From positions 2,450,507 to 2,514,506 of the forward strand of contig OY759598.1 of the NCBI GenBank assembly GCA_963662435.1: 64,000 nucleotides of DNA, given 5' to 3'. A program made the translations under genes and the position numbers. Below the pieces are notes generated by a model that saw only the letters and a program-made list of their open reading frames with translations, made no database searches and had not been told where the DNA came from. This DNA comes from Dehalococcoidia bacterium (lineage in GTDB: Bacteria > Chloroflexota > Dehalococcoidia > Lucifugimonadales > VXLM01). This document shows positions 1-9,161 of the stretch, piece after piece (position 1 is the stretch's first letter; each line of letters begins with the position of its first letter).

Positions 1-10
1 GAACGTAGAC

Positions 11-919
11 CTACTCCACGTCCAGCACGCTGTCCGGCGAGACCGTTGCATAGGCCATTCGGGTAATGAGGCCCACGGCATCCATTCCCTTAACCTGGTC
101 CTCGGGGCGGTCGGAGGTCGAAAGACCCGCCACAAACATCGGGCCGGTGGGAAGGTAGACGATGCCCGTGTCGGCCTTGATGCGGCCGCTTCCGCCCGTC
201 TTGCGCGCGGTCTCGATTTCCGGCTTCAGGTACTGGCGAATTCGGTTGGCGTTCTTCGGGACCGTCATCATCTCGATCATCTGCGCTGAGGCCTCGGCGC
301 TGATCATCTCGCCGGCGTGAATCTTCTCCATGATGTCCACGAGGTCGCGGGCAGACGCGACGTTGTTCCGCAGATCGCTGGCAAAGGGCAGGTCTTTGTC
401 TCCGGGACCGTCGTCCCTCTCACCGGAGCGTATTGCCGCATCGAGCTCCCTGGACGGCGTCTCCACGATCCCCCTCATAAGGTAATGCCACACCCCGAGG
501 GGCATACAGGCACGGGTGTTGCGGTAGCCCATGCTGTCCATGGTCGCGTTGATCGACTCCGGCGTGAGCAGGAGGACAATCATATCCGTGGCCATGTTGT
601 CGCTCACTCCCATCATTAGGCGGCTGTAGTCGCGGAGGGTCAACTCAGGGTTATCGTGCATGATGCTCAGCGTCCCCGTGCCGTGACCTGAGATGTCGTC
701 GCGCATACGGTAGCGGTCGTCGAGGGAGATCACGCCCTCGTGCGCCTGCCGAAACAGCTCGATCATGATCGACACCTTGACGACCGAAGCCGTGGGCAGC
801 GGCTCGTCGGCGTTGTATTCGTAGAACAAGCCGGTGTTGAGGTCCTTTATGCAGACGCCGATTCGCCCGGGTAAGCGGCTTGCAATCGCGTCCATCTCTT
901 CGGCGGGAAACGATGCCAT
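11..919 (-). CDS. Class A beta-lactamase-like serine hydrolase
   Basis: SxxK (ASVVK), SDN and KTG motifs in canonical order. Start trimmed to ATG of MASFP. Confidence 0.85.
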   Translation of the reverse strand: MASFPAEEMDAIASRLPGRIGVCIKDLNTGLFYEYNADEPLPTASVVKVSIMIELFRQAHEGVISLDDRYRMRDDISGHGTGTLSIMHDNPELTLRDYSRLMMGVSDNMATDMIVLLLTPESINATMDSMGYRNTRACMPLGVWHYLMRGIVETPSRELDAAIRSGERDDGPGDKDLPFASDLRNNVASARDLVDIMEKIHAGEMISAEASAQMIEMMTVPKNANRIRQYLKPEIETARKTGGSGRIKADTGIVYLPTGPMFVAGLSTSDRPEDQVKGMDAVGLITRMAYATVSPDSVLDVE

Positions 920-1062
920 CTCCAACCCCCTTGCCAGCCGGATACGGCGTAGTCTAGGTAGGGCGGGAACGCCTGTCAAACCGCTCCGAGATTGCGGAGT
1001 GCGCTTGTGTGTTGGTCAAAGATTCCCCTACCCTTAGCGCGAGGTGCCATGGAAACAGCCCT

Positions 1063-1698
1063 ATGACAACTAAGGAAATACAGATCGTCGAAGGCAACGA
1101 CCGGGAGTACGTGGACGACGCGCTCCACCTGACCTTCGAGGCCTTCGCTAAGAAGTTTCGCATCGGTTTCAGAAACGCCGACGACTTCGTTCGCCTCTTT
1201 CGAGACTCGGTCGACCCGGAGAACTGTCTCTTCGCCATAGTCGACGGCGAGCTCTGGGGTGTCTTGGCATTCAAGACGACCGGTCATGAGTTCTACCAAC
1301 TGAACTTGAAGACGCCCTTTGAGAGATTCTCTCCCTTTAGGGCCGGCCTCATACTATTCAATCTCATATTGCTTGACCTTGAGGACGCCGTGCGGGCTGA
1401 TGAATTTCACATTGATGTACTGGCCGTCGTGCCATTTTCGCGGGGCATGGGGATCGGCACGGCGTTGATACAAAAGGCAGAGGTTAAAGCCGAATCAGGG
1501 GGGAAGCGCATGATGTCCCTGGGGGTCATCGCGGAGAACGATGGCGCAATTCGGCTGTACGAACGACTGGGGTACAGGACCACTCGAACTTGGCGGGGAT
1601 TCCTCGTGCGACTCTCGGCAAAGTCAAAAGAAGTGCGGCGCATGGAAAAACCTCTCACAGGTGAACTACCGGACGACGAAGACGGCAGCGTGGCGTGA
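1063..1698 (+). CDS. GNAT family N-acetyltransferase
   Basis: Acetyl-CoA motif SRGMGIGTALI and C-terminal NDGAIRLYERLGY. Confidence 0.85.
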   Translation: MTTKEIQIVEGNDREYVDDALHLTFEAFAKKFRIGFRNADDFVRLFRDSVDPENCLFAIVDGELWGVLAFKTTGHEFYQLNLKTPFERFSPFRAGLILFNLILLDLEDAVRADEFHIDVLAVVPFSRGMGIGTALIQKAEVKAESGGKRMMSLGVIAENDGAIRLYERLGYRTTRTWRGFLVRLSAKSKEVRRMEKPLTGELPDDEDGSVA

Positions 1699-1726
1699 TA
1701 TTTCGGACTCGATTAAGGAGCAGGCA

Positions 1727-2827
1727 TTGAGCATTACCGTACCCGACTGGGTGACGTATCCCGAAGAGGACTGGGAGCGGATCACGCCCGACGAGGCCGG
1801 TCTCGACCAGGAAGCATTCCGGCAGTGGGTCGATGGTCTCGACGTGAAGGGGGCGAGTTTTGGCGGCGAGGACCATTCGGGCCAAGAGTACGGGGCCGTG
1901 CTCACGCGCGGAGGGTACCTCGTCCAGTCGTGGGGAGATCGGCACTACTCGCACCACACGGCGTCTGTGGGAAAGGCCCTGACGTGGGCGGTCCTGGGAT
2001 TCGCCGTAATGGACGGAATAATCGACCCGGATGAGCCGATCAACGAGTACTGGACCGGTGAGGGAGAGCTGTCTCATCCCCACAAGCACCTGACCGAGGG
2101 CCATCACAAAACTCTCACGTGGCGGCACCTCGTCGGCAAGCGAGCGGAGAGCCTGCACTGGGGCGGATTCCCGATTGAGATCGGCAACCGGTGGGCTGAG
2201 AAGCGTACTGGACTTGAGGAGCGCGACGCCGTCCCGGGAGTTGCTGAATGGGCAAATTGGACTGGCGACGCCTACTACGACTGCTATTCACACGCGGAGC
2301 CGGGAACCGTGGGGCTATACAGCAGCGCCGGGTTCTGGCGACTGGGGCAGGCGCTTACGCACGTCTGGGGCCGGGATATCAAGGACGTCGTGCAGGAAAG
2401 GCTCTTCGACCGTATTGGCATCAGGGCAGAGAATTGGGACTGGTTCGCCGGTGGCTGGGTGAAGGACCAGAAGTACTTCTACCCCACGTTACCCGACTCC
2501 TACACCTACCTCGACCCGCCCTTTGACATTGCTGGGAACATCGTGCGGAGCGGCCCCGGCTGGGTTGTTTGGAGCGCATCCGACATGGCTCGATTCGGAC
2601 ACCTCAACGCCACAGGAGGACTGTGGAAGGGTGAGCAGATCATCGATCCGGACTGGCTCCGGCCTCACAGCGGCGGGAACAAGAGCGGCTCCAGCGGCGA
2701 GAGCAAGTACTTCACGGCGCTAGGGGTGGTGACCACCGAGGGGCTGCCCGAGTTCAGGCACGCCATCGAGACACGGAGCATGGTCCCGGAGGAGCTATTC
2801 ACCGGACCTGTCAGTCGGAGACCTTGA
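1727..2827 (+). CDS. Serine hydrolase, class C beta-lactamase/NylB-like
   Basis: ASVGK (SxxK), YSS, SASDMARFG and GLWKGEQII motifs. AAGGAG RBS precedes the TTG at 1727. Confidence 0.75.
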   Translation: MSITVPDWVTYPEEDWERITPDEAGLDQEAFRQWVDGLDVKGASFGGEDHSGQEYGAVLTRGGYLVQSWGDRHYSHHTASVGKALTWAVLGFAVMDGIIDPDEPINEYWTGEGELSHPHKHLTEGHHKTLTWRHLVGKRAESLHWGGFPIEIGNRWAEKRTGLEERDAVPGVAEWANWTGDAYYDCYSHAEPGTVGLYSSAGFWRLGQALTHVWGRDIKDVVQERLFDRIGIRAENWDWFAGGWVKDQKYFYPTLPDSYTYLDPPFDIAGNIVRSGPGWVVWSASDMARFGHLNATGGLWKGEQIIDPDWLRPHSGGNKSGSSGESKYFTALGVVTTEGLPEFRHAIETRSMVPEELFTGPVSRRP

Positions 2828-3926
2828 CCATCGCCGATTCCGAGCGTCCGGTCGTGACCATGATGTAGCCGCTGAGTTCCAGGTCGATCTCCCGGCTGCC
2901 TGTGTCGACTATTAGAGGTCTTCGCTCCAACAAAGCGAGCTTCCGACGGGTCGCTACGACGATGATGTTGTCAACGCCAACATGCCGTAGGACATCAGCG
3001 CTTATCTGCTGATTGCCCCGTCCGAAGATGTGCCCCTGTCCGCCGATGGCCGTGACCACGACCGTTGCAGGCTGGCCGCCCTCCAGCAATTCGATGAGCT
3101 GTGACTCCGTGACGTCCGATGCGACGAGAACTTCATTCAGCACCACGTCCACGCCTAGCAGCGTCTTGGGAATTCTCAACACGTCAGCGATGCCCTTCGT
3201 AGTGGTGCCAGGGCCGAGGATGTAGAGGGTGTCTTCCCGCATCGAGTCGACGACCTCTCCTGCTATAGCGAGAATGGCCTCGTTCTCGTCGGCGTGGCTC
3301 GGCGACTTGGTAACCTGCACGTGCGACGCGTCGTCCGGAATGCGGAGATACCCGTAGAGCTGCGCTTGGACCTCGCCCTCCCGGAACGCCTCTTCGTCGA
3401 TGTCCATGACCTCGCCCAGCCTCGTGTGGGGCGCCTCCCCCATCAGGTATTGGGCTGCCGCACGTCCTGCCGCGCGGGGCGTCGTGGCATAGACGCCGGA
3501 GTACATCTTTACTCCCGCCGGAATGCCAAGCGCGGGAACACCGTCCCCAACCGCGTTGAAAACATCTCTGGCCGTGCCGTCTCCTCCGGCAAAGAGAATC
3601 AGGTCAACGGAGCGCTCCGCCAATTCAAGGGCTGCCCGGCGAGTGTCCTCGGCCGACGTATCTTCGTTGTCGACTGTCCCCACAACGGTGGGGGAAAGGC
3701 CTGCCAACCTGGCCTCGTCCTCGCCCATCAGACCAGGAAAAGTGAGCACCTCAGGATCATTTAGCCGTCCTAGCTCTCGAAGGGCATCGACGGCTCTCGG
3801 CGCGGCGCTGGGCACCGCCCCCATCTCCAACGCGCGTCGGGCAGTGGACACGCCGTCAGTCCCTTTCAGTCCGACCGCGCCGCCGAGGCCGGCAATGGGG
3901 TTTACGATGAGTCCGAACTTCTTCAC
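2811..3926 (-). CDS. ATP-NAD kinase/AcoX-like family protein
   Basis: VNPIAGLGG...LKGTDG, GGDGTARD and GQGHIFGRGNQQ motifs. Likely GTG start at 3926. Confidence 0.85.
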   Translation of the reverse strand: MKKFGLIVNPIAGLGGAVGLKGTDGVSTARRALEMGAVPSAAPRAVDALRELGRLNDPEVLTFPGLMGEDEARLAGLSPTVVGTVDNEDTSAEDTRRAALELAERSVDLILFAGGDGTARDVFNAVGDGVPALGIPAGVKMYSGVYATTPRAAGRAAAQYLMGEAPHTRLGEVMDIDEEAFREGEVQAQLYGYLRIPDDASHVQVTKSPSHADENEAILAIAGEVVDSMREDTLYILGPGTTTKGIADVLRIPKTLLGVDVVLNEVLVASDVTESQLIELLEGGQPATVVVTAIGGQGHIFGRGNQQISADVLRHVGVDNIIVVATRRKLALLERRPLIVDTGSREIDLELSGYIMVTTGRSESAMVKVSD

Positions 3927-3973
3927 GGTCGGCCTTCTTGTCGACGCCACGGTTTGAGGTACAATCCCGGCAT

Positions 3974-4660
3974 ATGCAATTCCTGACACGCGCTGCAGGG
4001 CCGCTGCTCGACCTTGTATTTCCCCGTACCTGTGCAGGGTGCGGAAGTGAGGGTGGTTACTTTTGCGATGAGTGTGAGGCTGGCGCCCCCCGGCTCGGAC
4101 CGCCGCAGTGCGGTGTGTGTTCAGCGCCGAGCCGTGCTTCCCTCTGCGCATGGTGCAGGACTGCGAATCAGCCGTTCAATGGTATCACGGCCCCTTACCG
4201 GTGGACCGGCGTCGTGCAGGAGCTGGTTTACTCGCTCAAGTACCGAAACGTGAGAGCGTCCGCGCCGCGTCTTGCCGAGCTCTTATCGGCCCACCTCATG
4301 GAGAAATCGTTGGACGCCGACATTTTGATTCCAGTCCCCCTGCATCCCAGCCGGGAACGAGAACGTGGCTACAACCAGTCGGATCTTCTCGCCCGCGAGA
4401 TTTCGAATTCGACTGGGATACCCATGGAAGCAGGGTTGCTTGCCCGTATGCGAAATACACCCCCGCAGGTGACGATGAATTCGCCGGAAGAGCGGAGGCG
4501 AAATGTGGTCGGAGCGTTCGAGTGCGTCGGGAACGTTGCCGGCAAGCGCGTCCTGTTGATCGACGACGTGGTGACCAGCGGGGCTACAGTCGCCGAATGT
4601 TCAGCGCAACTGAGGAAGGTCGGAGCCGCAGGTGTCTGGGTAGTGTCCCTTGCACGGTAG
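3974..4660 (+). CDS. comF: ComF family phosphoribosyltransferase-like competence protein
   Basis: N-terminal CxxC zinc ribbons, RGYNQS, and the PRPP motif LLIDDVVTSGAT. Confidence 0.9.
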   Translation: MQFLTRAAGPLLDLVFPRTCAGCGSEGGYFCDECEAGAPRLGPPQCGVCSAPSRASLCAWCRTANQPFNGITAPYRWTGVVQELVYSLKYRNVRASAPRLAELLSAHLMEKSLDADILIPVPLHPSRERERGYNQSDLLAREISNSTGIPMEAGLLARMRNTPPQVTMNSPEERRRNVVGAFECVGNVAGKRVLLIDDVVTSGATVAECSAQLRKVGAAGVWVVSLAR

Positions 4661-4919
4661 CGGACCAAGCCCTCGTCACCCAGATCGAGTGTGGACGAAT
4701 CCCGTCGCTTACAGGAATTCCCAGTGCCCACGGGTTTGACAAATAAGAACGCACGTCCCATCCTAGATAAGGGCGGGCTGCCGCCAAATCATGCGACAAC
4801 ATGGAGAAGAGTCCCAGAATGTCCCGTATTGCCCCACCTTCAGAGAGAATTCCTAGGGATGGATCAGCTTGCACACTTGCTCATCTGAACTCCATGCCAC
4901 TACTCCACGTCGCATTACT

Positions 4920-4982
4920 ACTTTACAATAACGAACAAAATGCATCAAAATGCATCAGAATGCATCACTTTTGAGAAATTCT
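4920..4982 (+). repeat. TACAAT followed by three 10-bp direct repeats (AAATGCATCA); related copy on the minus strand at ~27682-27743
   Basis: ACTTTACAATAACGA is identical in both places and each is followed by a 10-bp-period ATGCA array. Confidence 0.7.
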
Positions 4983-5079
4983 TCCGCCAGACATCCGCTA
5001 AATATCCCCAATCCAATCGTTAGTAACTTATCTCAAAATTCACTTCCGCGAGCTTTCTCCACACAAATACTCAAAAGGA

Positions 5080-5115
5080 CCACGTTCGCCCTGAGCCTGT
5101 CGAAGGGCAATTCTC
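5080..5115 (+). repeat. REP-like repeat GTTCGCCCTGAGCCTGTCGAAGGG
   Basis: Reverse-complement copy at 34523-34558 and related copies at 62438-62540. Confidence 0.8.
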
Positions 5116-5319
5116 TGCCAGCGCATGTAGTCTTGAGATGATCTCTATGCCAGGTGCAGACCTAGCTACTGTGACTCCCACGAGTGAGCCGGTCGACCGG
5201 GTGTCCGGGTGCAATGTTACGAGGGAATGATGAGAGTTATTCCTACCTCCCCACGCACGATCCTCCCAGTGCGACGCTAACCGCAAACTCCTCGCGAAAT
5301 CGGCTATAATTCCGTTCGT

Positions 5320-6606
5320 ATGCTGAACGGACCCGACCGCAGCCCCCCTTCGAGCGATGGCAGTGCGTTTCACGGGTGGCGTTATGCTGCTATAGCCTCG
5401 ACCATGAACTTCCTGGCTGCCGGGCTGTATGGGCGCGGTTTCTCAGTCTACTTCCTTCCTCTCGCCCGCGACCTCAGCCTCAGCCACACCGCCACCTCGC
5501 TTATCTTCGGCTTCGCCACGCTCGAGGGTGGCGTGCAGGCCCCCATCGCGGGTTATCTGATCGACAAGTACGGTCCCAGGATCATGACCCTGATCGGCGC
5601 CACTCTGGCCGGCATCGGATTTCTTCTGCTTCCACTGGCCAGCGACCTGGTGAGTTTCGTCCTCATCTACGTCGGCATCATCGCGCTCGGAATCAACACA
5701 GGCTTTCACAACTCCGCCGGTGCAATCGTCAACGCGTGGTTCGTGCGGAGGCGGGGCTTGGCGTTCGGAATCATATCCGTGGGCATCGCGCTCGGCGGCG
5801 GAGTGATGACGCCCATCGTGGCGGCCGTCGTACTGGAATGGGGTTGGCGATGGGCGGTTGCAATGTCCGGCATAATGATCCTCCTCGTGGGCGTCCCTCT
5901 CTCCTTCCTGATTCGCAACAGGCCTGAGGACGTCGGCCAGTTTCCCGACGGGGAGCCTCCTCCCCAAAGAATCGGTCGTTCTTCCGACACCCTGTCATAC
6001 AGGGACTTCACCTTCCGACAGGCCACGCGAACCGTGTCATACTGGCTGCTCGCCTTCGGGATCACGCTGAGGATTTCGGCTCAGGCCGGCATCCTCGTCC
6101 ACATCGTACCCATGCTCGTGTGGAAGGGGCTCGACGAGGCGGTCGGGGCAGTCGCCATCGCGACGATATCGTTTTCAGCTGTCGGTACGAGGCTGTTCAT
6201 GGGCTGGCTCGGCGACAAGCTCCCCAAACGCTTGCTCGTTGTCTTTGGAATGCTCGTTGGAGCCGCGGGAGCGTTGTTCTTCCTGCTCGCCCCGGGCAAG
6301 CTCTGGGTCGTGATTGTATTCGCGCTGATGTTCTCCGTGACGGACGGCGCAGCGGGTCTCACGTGGGCGATGATCGGAGACTTCTTCGGCAGGAGCGCCT
6401 ACGCGACCTTGCGAGGCGCGATTACGTTCTGCGTCAGCATCGGGTCGATGACCACCCCGGTCGTGGTAGGACGTATCTTCGACGTGACCGACGGGTACTA
6501 CTGGGCGCTCATACCCCTGATCGGTGTGTACCTGAGCACGGCCCTAGTGTTTATAGTGATCCGAACGCCGCGGAAAGGGAGGGAGATAGTAGAAAGTACT
6601 ACGTAG
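5320..6606 (+). CDS. MFS transporter
   Basis: About 12 hydrophobic segments and MFS motif A twice (GYLIDKYGPR, GWLGDKLPKR). Confidence 0.9.
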   Translation: MLNGPDRSPPSSDGSAFHGWRYAAIASTMNFLAAGLYGRGFSVYFLPLARDLSLSHTATSLIFGFATLEGGVQAPIAGYLIDKYGPRIMTLIGATLAGIGFLLLPLASDLVSFVLIYVGIIALGINTGFHNSAGAIVNAWFVRRRGLAFGIISVGIALGGGVMTPIVAAVVLEWGWRWAVAMSGIMILLVGVPLSFLIRNRPEDVGQFPDGEPPPQRIGRSSDTLSYRDFTFRQATRTVSYWLLAFGITLRISAQAGILVHIVPMLVWKGLDEAVGAVAIATISFSAVGTRLFMGWLGDKLPKRLLVVFGMLVGAAGALFFLLAPGKLWVVIVFALMFSVTDGAAGLTWAMIGDFFGRSAYATLRGAITFCVSIGSMTTPVVVGRIFDVTDGYYWALIPLIGVYLSTALVFIVIRTPRKGREIVESTT

Positions 6607-6688
6607 AAAGTAGTAAGTTGAATATCAGGCCACTGTGACCCAGGGTAGTACGCATTTCTTTTTACTTTCTGCGTAACTAGGACGACCA

Positions 6689-7504
6689 ATGTCAAGATTC
6701 GATACCAATAACTTTGACGGGGACGTGATTCAGCGGAGTCACGAGAAGCCGGTTCTGGTGGACTTCTGGGCCGAGTGGTGTGGGCCATGCAAGGTGATTG
6801 GCCCCGTCCTGGAGCGCCTGGCCGACGAGAACCGCAACGACTGGGAGCTTCGGAAGCTCGACACTGAGAAGCACCCCGCAATCGCACGTCAGCACCGGAT
6901 CACGAGCATACCCGCCGTGAAGCTCTTCGTGGACAGCGAGGTGAAGGACGAATTCATCGGGGCTCTACCGGAGCAGGCCATAGTGCAGTGGCTCAAGAAG
7001 GCGCTGCCCAGCAAGTTTCGAGAGCAGCTCAGGCGAGCGGAGGCACTGGTGTCCGAGAGGAACTTCGGCGACGCCCACTATCTTCTGTCGGAGGTTCTTC
7101 AGAACGATCCTCACGACCATCATGGCATCGTGCTGATGGCGGAGGTGGAGCTCTATTCAGACCCTCAAAAGGCGGCGGAGACGGCCGAACGCGTCCCGCT
7201 CGGATCGGAACGTTTCGAGGTCGCGGATGCGATCAAGACTGTCTCACGGCTCTACGGACTCTTGGAGACACCCGATGAACTGAACGACGCGCCAGTGAAG
7301 GCGGACTACCTCAAAGCGACACGCCTGCTCCGGGACGGCAAGAACGAGGCCGCCCTTGAAGGTTTCATCGACATAATCCGCCGCAACCGGTACTACGATG
7401 ACGACGGAGCTCGCAAGGCCGTCATCGCAATTTTCAAGCTCCTCGGAGAAGACCACCAGACGACCAGGGCCTACCGCAACCCCTTCGCCAACGCGCTGTA
7501 CTAG
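6689..7504 (+). CDS. Thioredoxin with C-terminal TPR domain (YbbN/CnoX-like)
   Basis: DFWAEWCGPCK active site, then a helical C-terminus with DDDGARKAVIAIF...YR. Confidence 0.9.
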   Translation: MSRFDTNNFDGDVIQRSHEKPVLVDFWAEWCGPCKVIGPVLERLADENRNDWELRKLDTEKHPAIARQHRITSIPAVKLFVDSEVKDEFIGALPEQAIVQWLKKALPSKFREQLRRAEALVSERNFGDAHYLLSEVLQNDPHDHHGIVLMAEVELYSDPQKAAETAERVPLGSERFEVADAIKTVSRLYGLLETPDELNDAPVKADYLKATRLLRDGKNEAALEGFIDIIRRNRYYDDDGARKAVIAIFKLLGEDHQTTRAYRNPFANALY

Positions 7505-7580
7505 AGCGCTTCCACAAAGCAGCACCCAAGCAACACGTTCCCAAACTCCGTGCTCTCCGCGCCCTCTGCGGTGAGTCGTC

Positions 7581-9161
7581 CTACTGGTACGTAACCCAGA
7601 ACTCGACGTTATTGACGACGATGGGTACGCCAATGCGCGGATCGCGATTGATAAGAACGATCTTGATATCGTGCGGCCCCTTGGCACACTGATCCGCGGT
7701 CAAGTCCCACACCAACCAGCTATTTTCGTTGACCGTCTCCGGGCTCGTCGGGTCTTCTGCATCGACGTTTCGTATCGCCGGGGATCCCAAGGCAACGCCG
7801 TCTAGCGTGACCTCCACCTCGTCTCCGGTCGGCGAGAAGTGCTCCAACTCGATCAGCAATTGTACCGCCCCACCCTCGGCCTCAATGTCATCGTAGATGG
7901 GGATGTGCATGGTGGGGCCGTCGTGTGTCAGCGTGCGATACAGGGTGACAGGGACCTCGCCGTAGAGGCGGTCGTCGCGCTCGGAGTCCTCGCGGAGCGG
8001 GTTGTTGGCAATGCTCCGCTGAATGGCGGTGTAGGCCTTGTTCTTCCGCCTCAACGTCTCCGGTGAGCCGATCGAAGTCAGCGTCTCGCGGCGAGTGGTC
8101 GGTCCAGCGTGCCAGTTGAAGGCGTACATACCGTGGGCGCCACGCTCGAAGTGGCCCTGCGACATCGCGGCGAACCACCAATTCCGCCACGTCGAGTGGG
8201 GAACCAACCGGTTGGCCGCCTGCCTGCTCTCGAAGTCATATCCCGGATAAACCTTGATGTCCGTGCCCTCGACGAGTTTGAGAAACTCCTCCGTCTCAAA
8301 GCATGGGTCGGTGCCGGAGTTGCCACCCCCGATGATGATGTCGCACAGCCCTTCATTGACCCACGTCTCGACGTCGTAACCGATGTTCCTGCAGGCCTCC
8401 ATCGTAGCGCCGACTCTCACCGCCACCGGGAACGGCCTGCCACGCTCTTCGGCGAGGCCGTCGGTCATGCGACGAATCGCCCGCAGCAGGTCGGTGAGGG
8501 CATAGCGCATTCGGTACTCGTGCTTATTCGGCAGGTGAAAGGCGTGACGCTGCCAGTCCAACTCGACCCCGTCCCAGTCCGCAAGGCGGCACGCTTGCTC
8601 GACGAGGTCGAGCTTGTGCTCGCGTACCTCCGGTATCGCCATGTTCCATGAGGTCGTGCACCAGTTCGGTGCTTCGTCGCCGAGGCACCATTCAGGATGC
8701 TGCTTGCGCATGTCGGTCAGGCCCTGGGAGTTGGACTTCTGCATCGTCTCGAGGCTATCGATATTCCAGAAGTGCTGGTCATTCATGCGGATGGATGTCC
8801 ACACATCGATGCCGAGCTCGCGCCCACGGTCGACCATCGCGGCGTAGGGGTCTTCGCCCCGTTCCAGCATGGCCCGGAGGTTCTCGGAGTCGCGCATCGA
8901 GCGGACGGTTTCGTAGACTCTGTCGACCGTGTCGCCGACCACGGGGATGTTGTCAGAGAGCCACGTTGCCTCGTGTGTGCCCATGCACCAAAACAAAGCG
9001 TCCACCTGGGTATCGGCCAGTGGGTCGTATACCTTCTCCAAGAACTGCTCAATCGTCTGGGGGTACTCGGAGTAGAAGTGCGGCGCGCCGTCCCAGTTGT
9101 AGATGATACGGTAGTCGGATACGGCGGGACGATTCATGGAAGTGGCCAGGTTGGGGCTCAT
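7581..9161 (-). CDS. Glycoside hydrolase-like TIM-barrel protein (GHL10/DUF187-like), paralog 2
   Basis: SIRMNDxH, HPEW, WNMAIPEVRE and DWDGVELDWQRH motifs. ATGA overlap with the upstream paralog. Confidence 0.65.
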   Translation of the reverse strand: MSPNLATSMNRPAVSDYRIIYNWDGAPHFYSEYPQTIEQFLEKVYDPLADTQVDALFWCMGTHEATWLSDNIPVVGDTVDRVYETVRSMRDSENLRAMLERGEDPYAAMVDRGRELGIDVWTSIRMNDQHFWNIDSLETMQKSNSQGLTDMRKQHPEWCLGDEAPNWCTTSWNMAIPEVREHKLDLVEQACRLADWDGVELDWQRHAFHLPNKHEYRMRYALTDLLRAIRRMTDGLAEERGRPFPVAVRVGATMEACRNIGYDVETWVNEGLCDIIIGGGNSGTDPCFETEEFLKLVEGTDIKVYPGYDFESRQAANRLVPHSTWRNWWFAAMSQGHFERGAHGMYAFNWHAGPTTRRETLTSIGSPETLRRKNKAYTAIQRSIANNPLREDSERDDRLYGEVPVTLYRTLTHDGPTMHIPIYDDIEAEGGAVQLLIELEHFSPTGDEVEVTLDGVALGSPAIRNVDAEDPTSPETVNENSWLVWDLTADQCAKGPHDIKIVLINRDPRIGVPIVVNNVEFWVTYQ

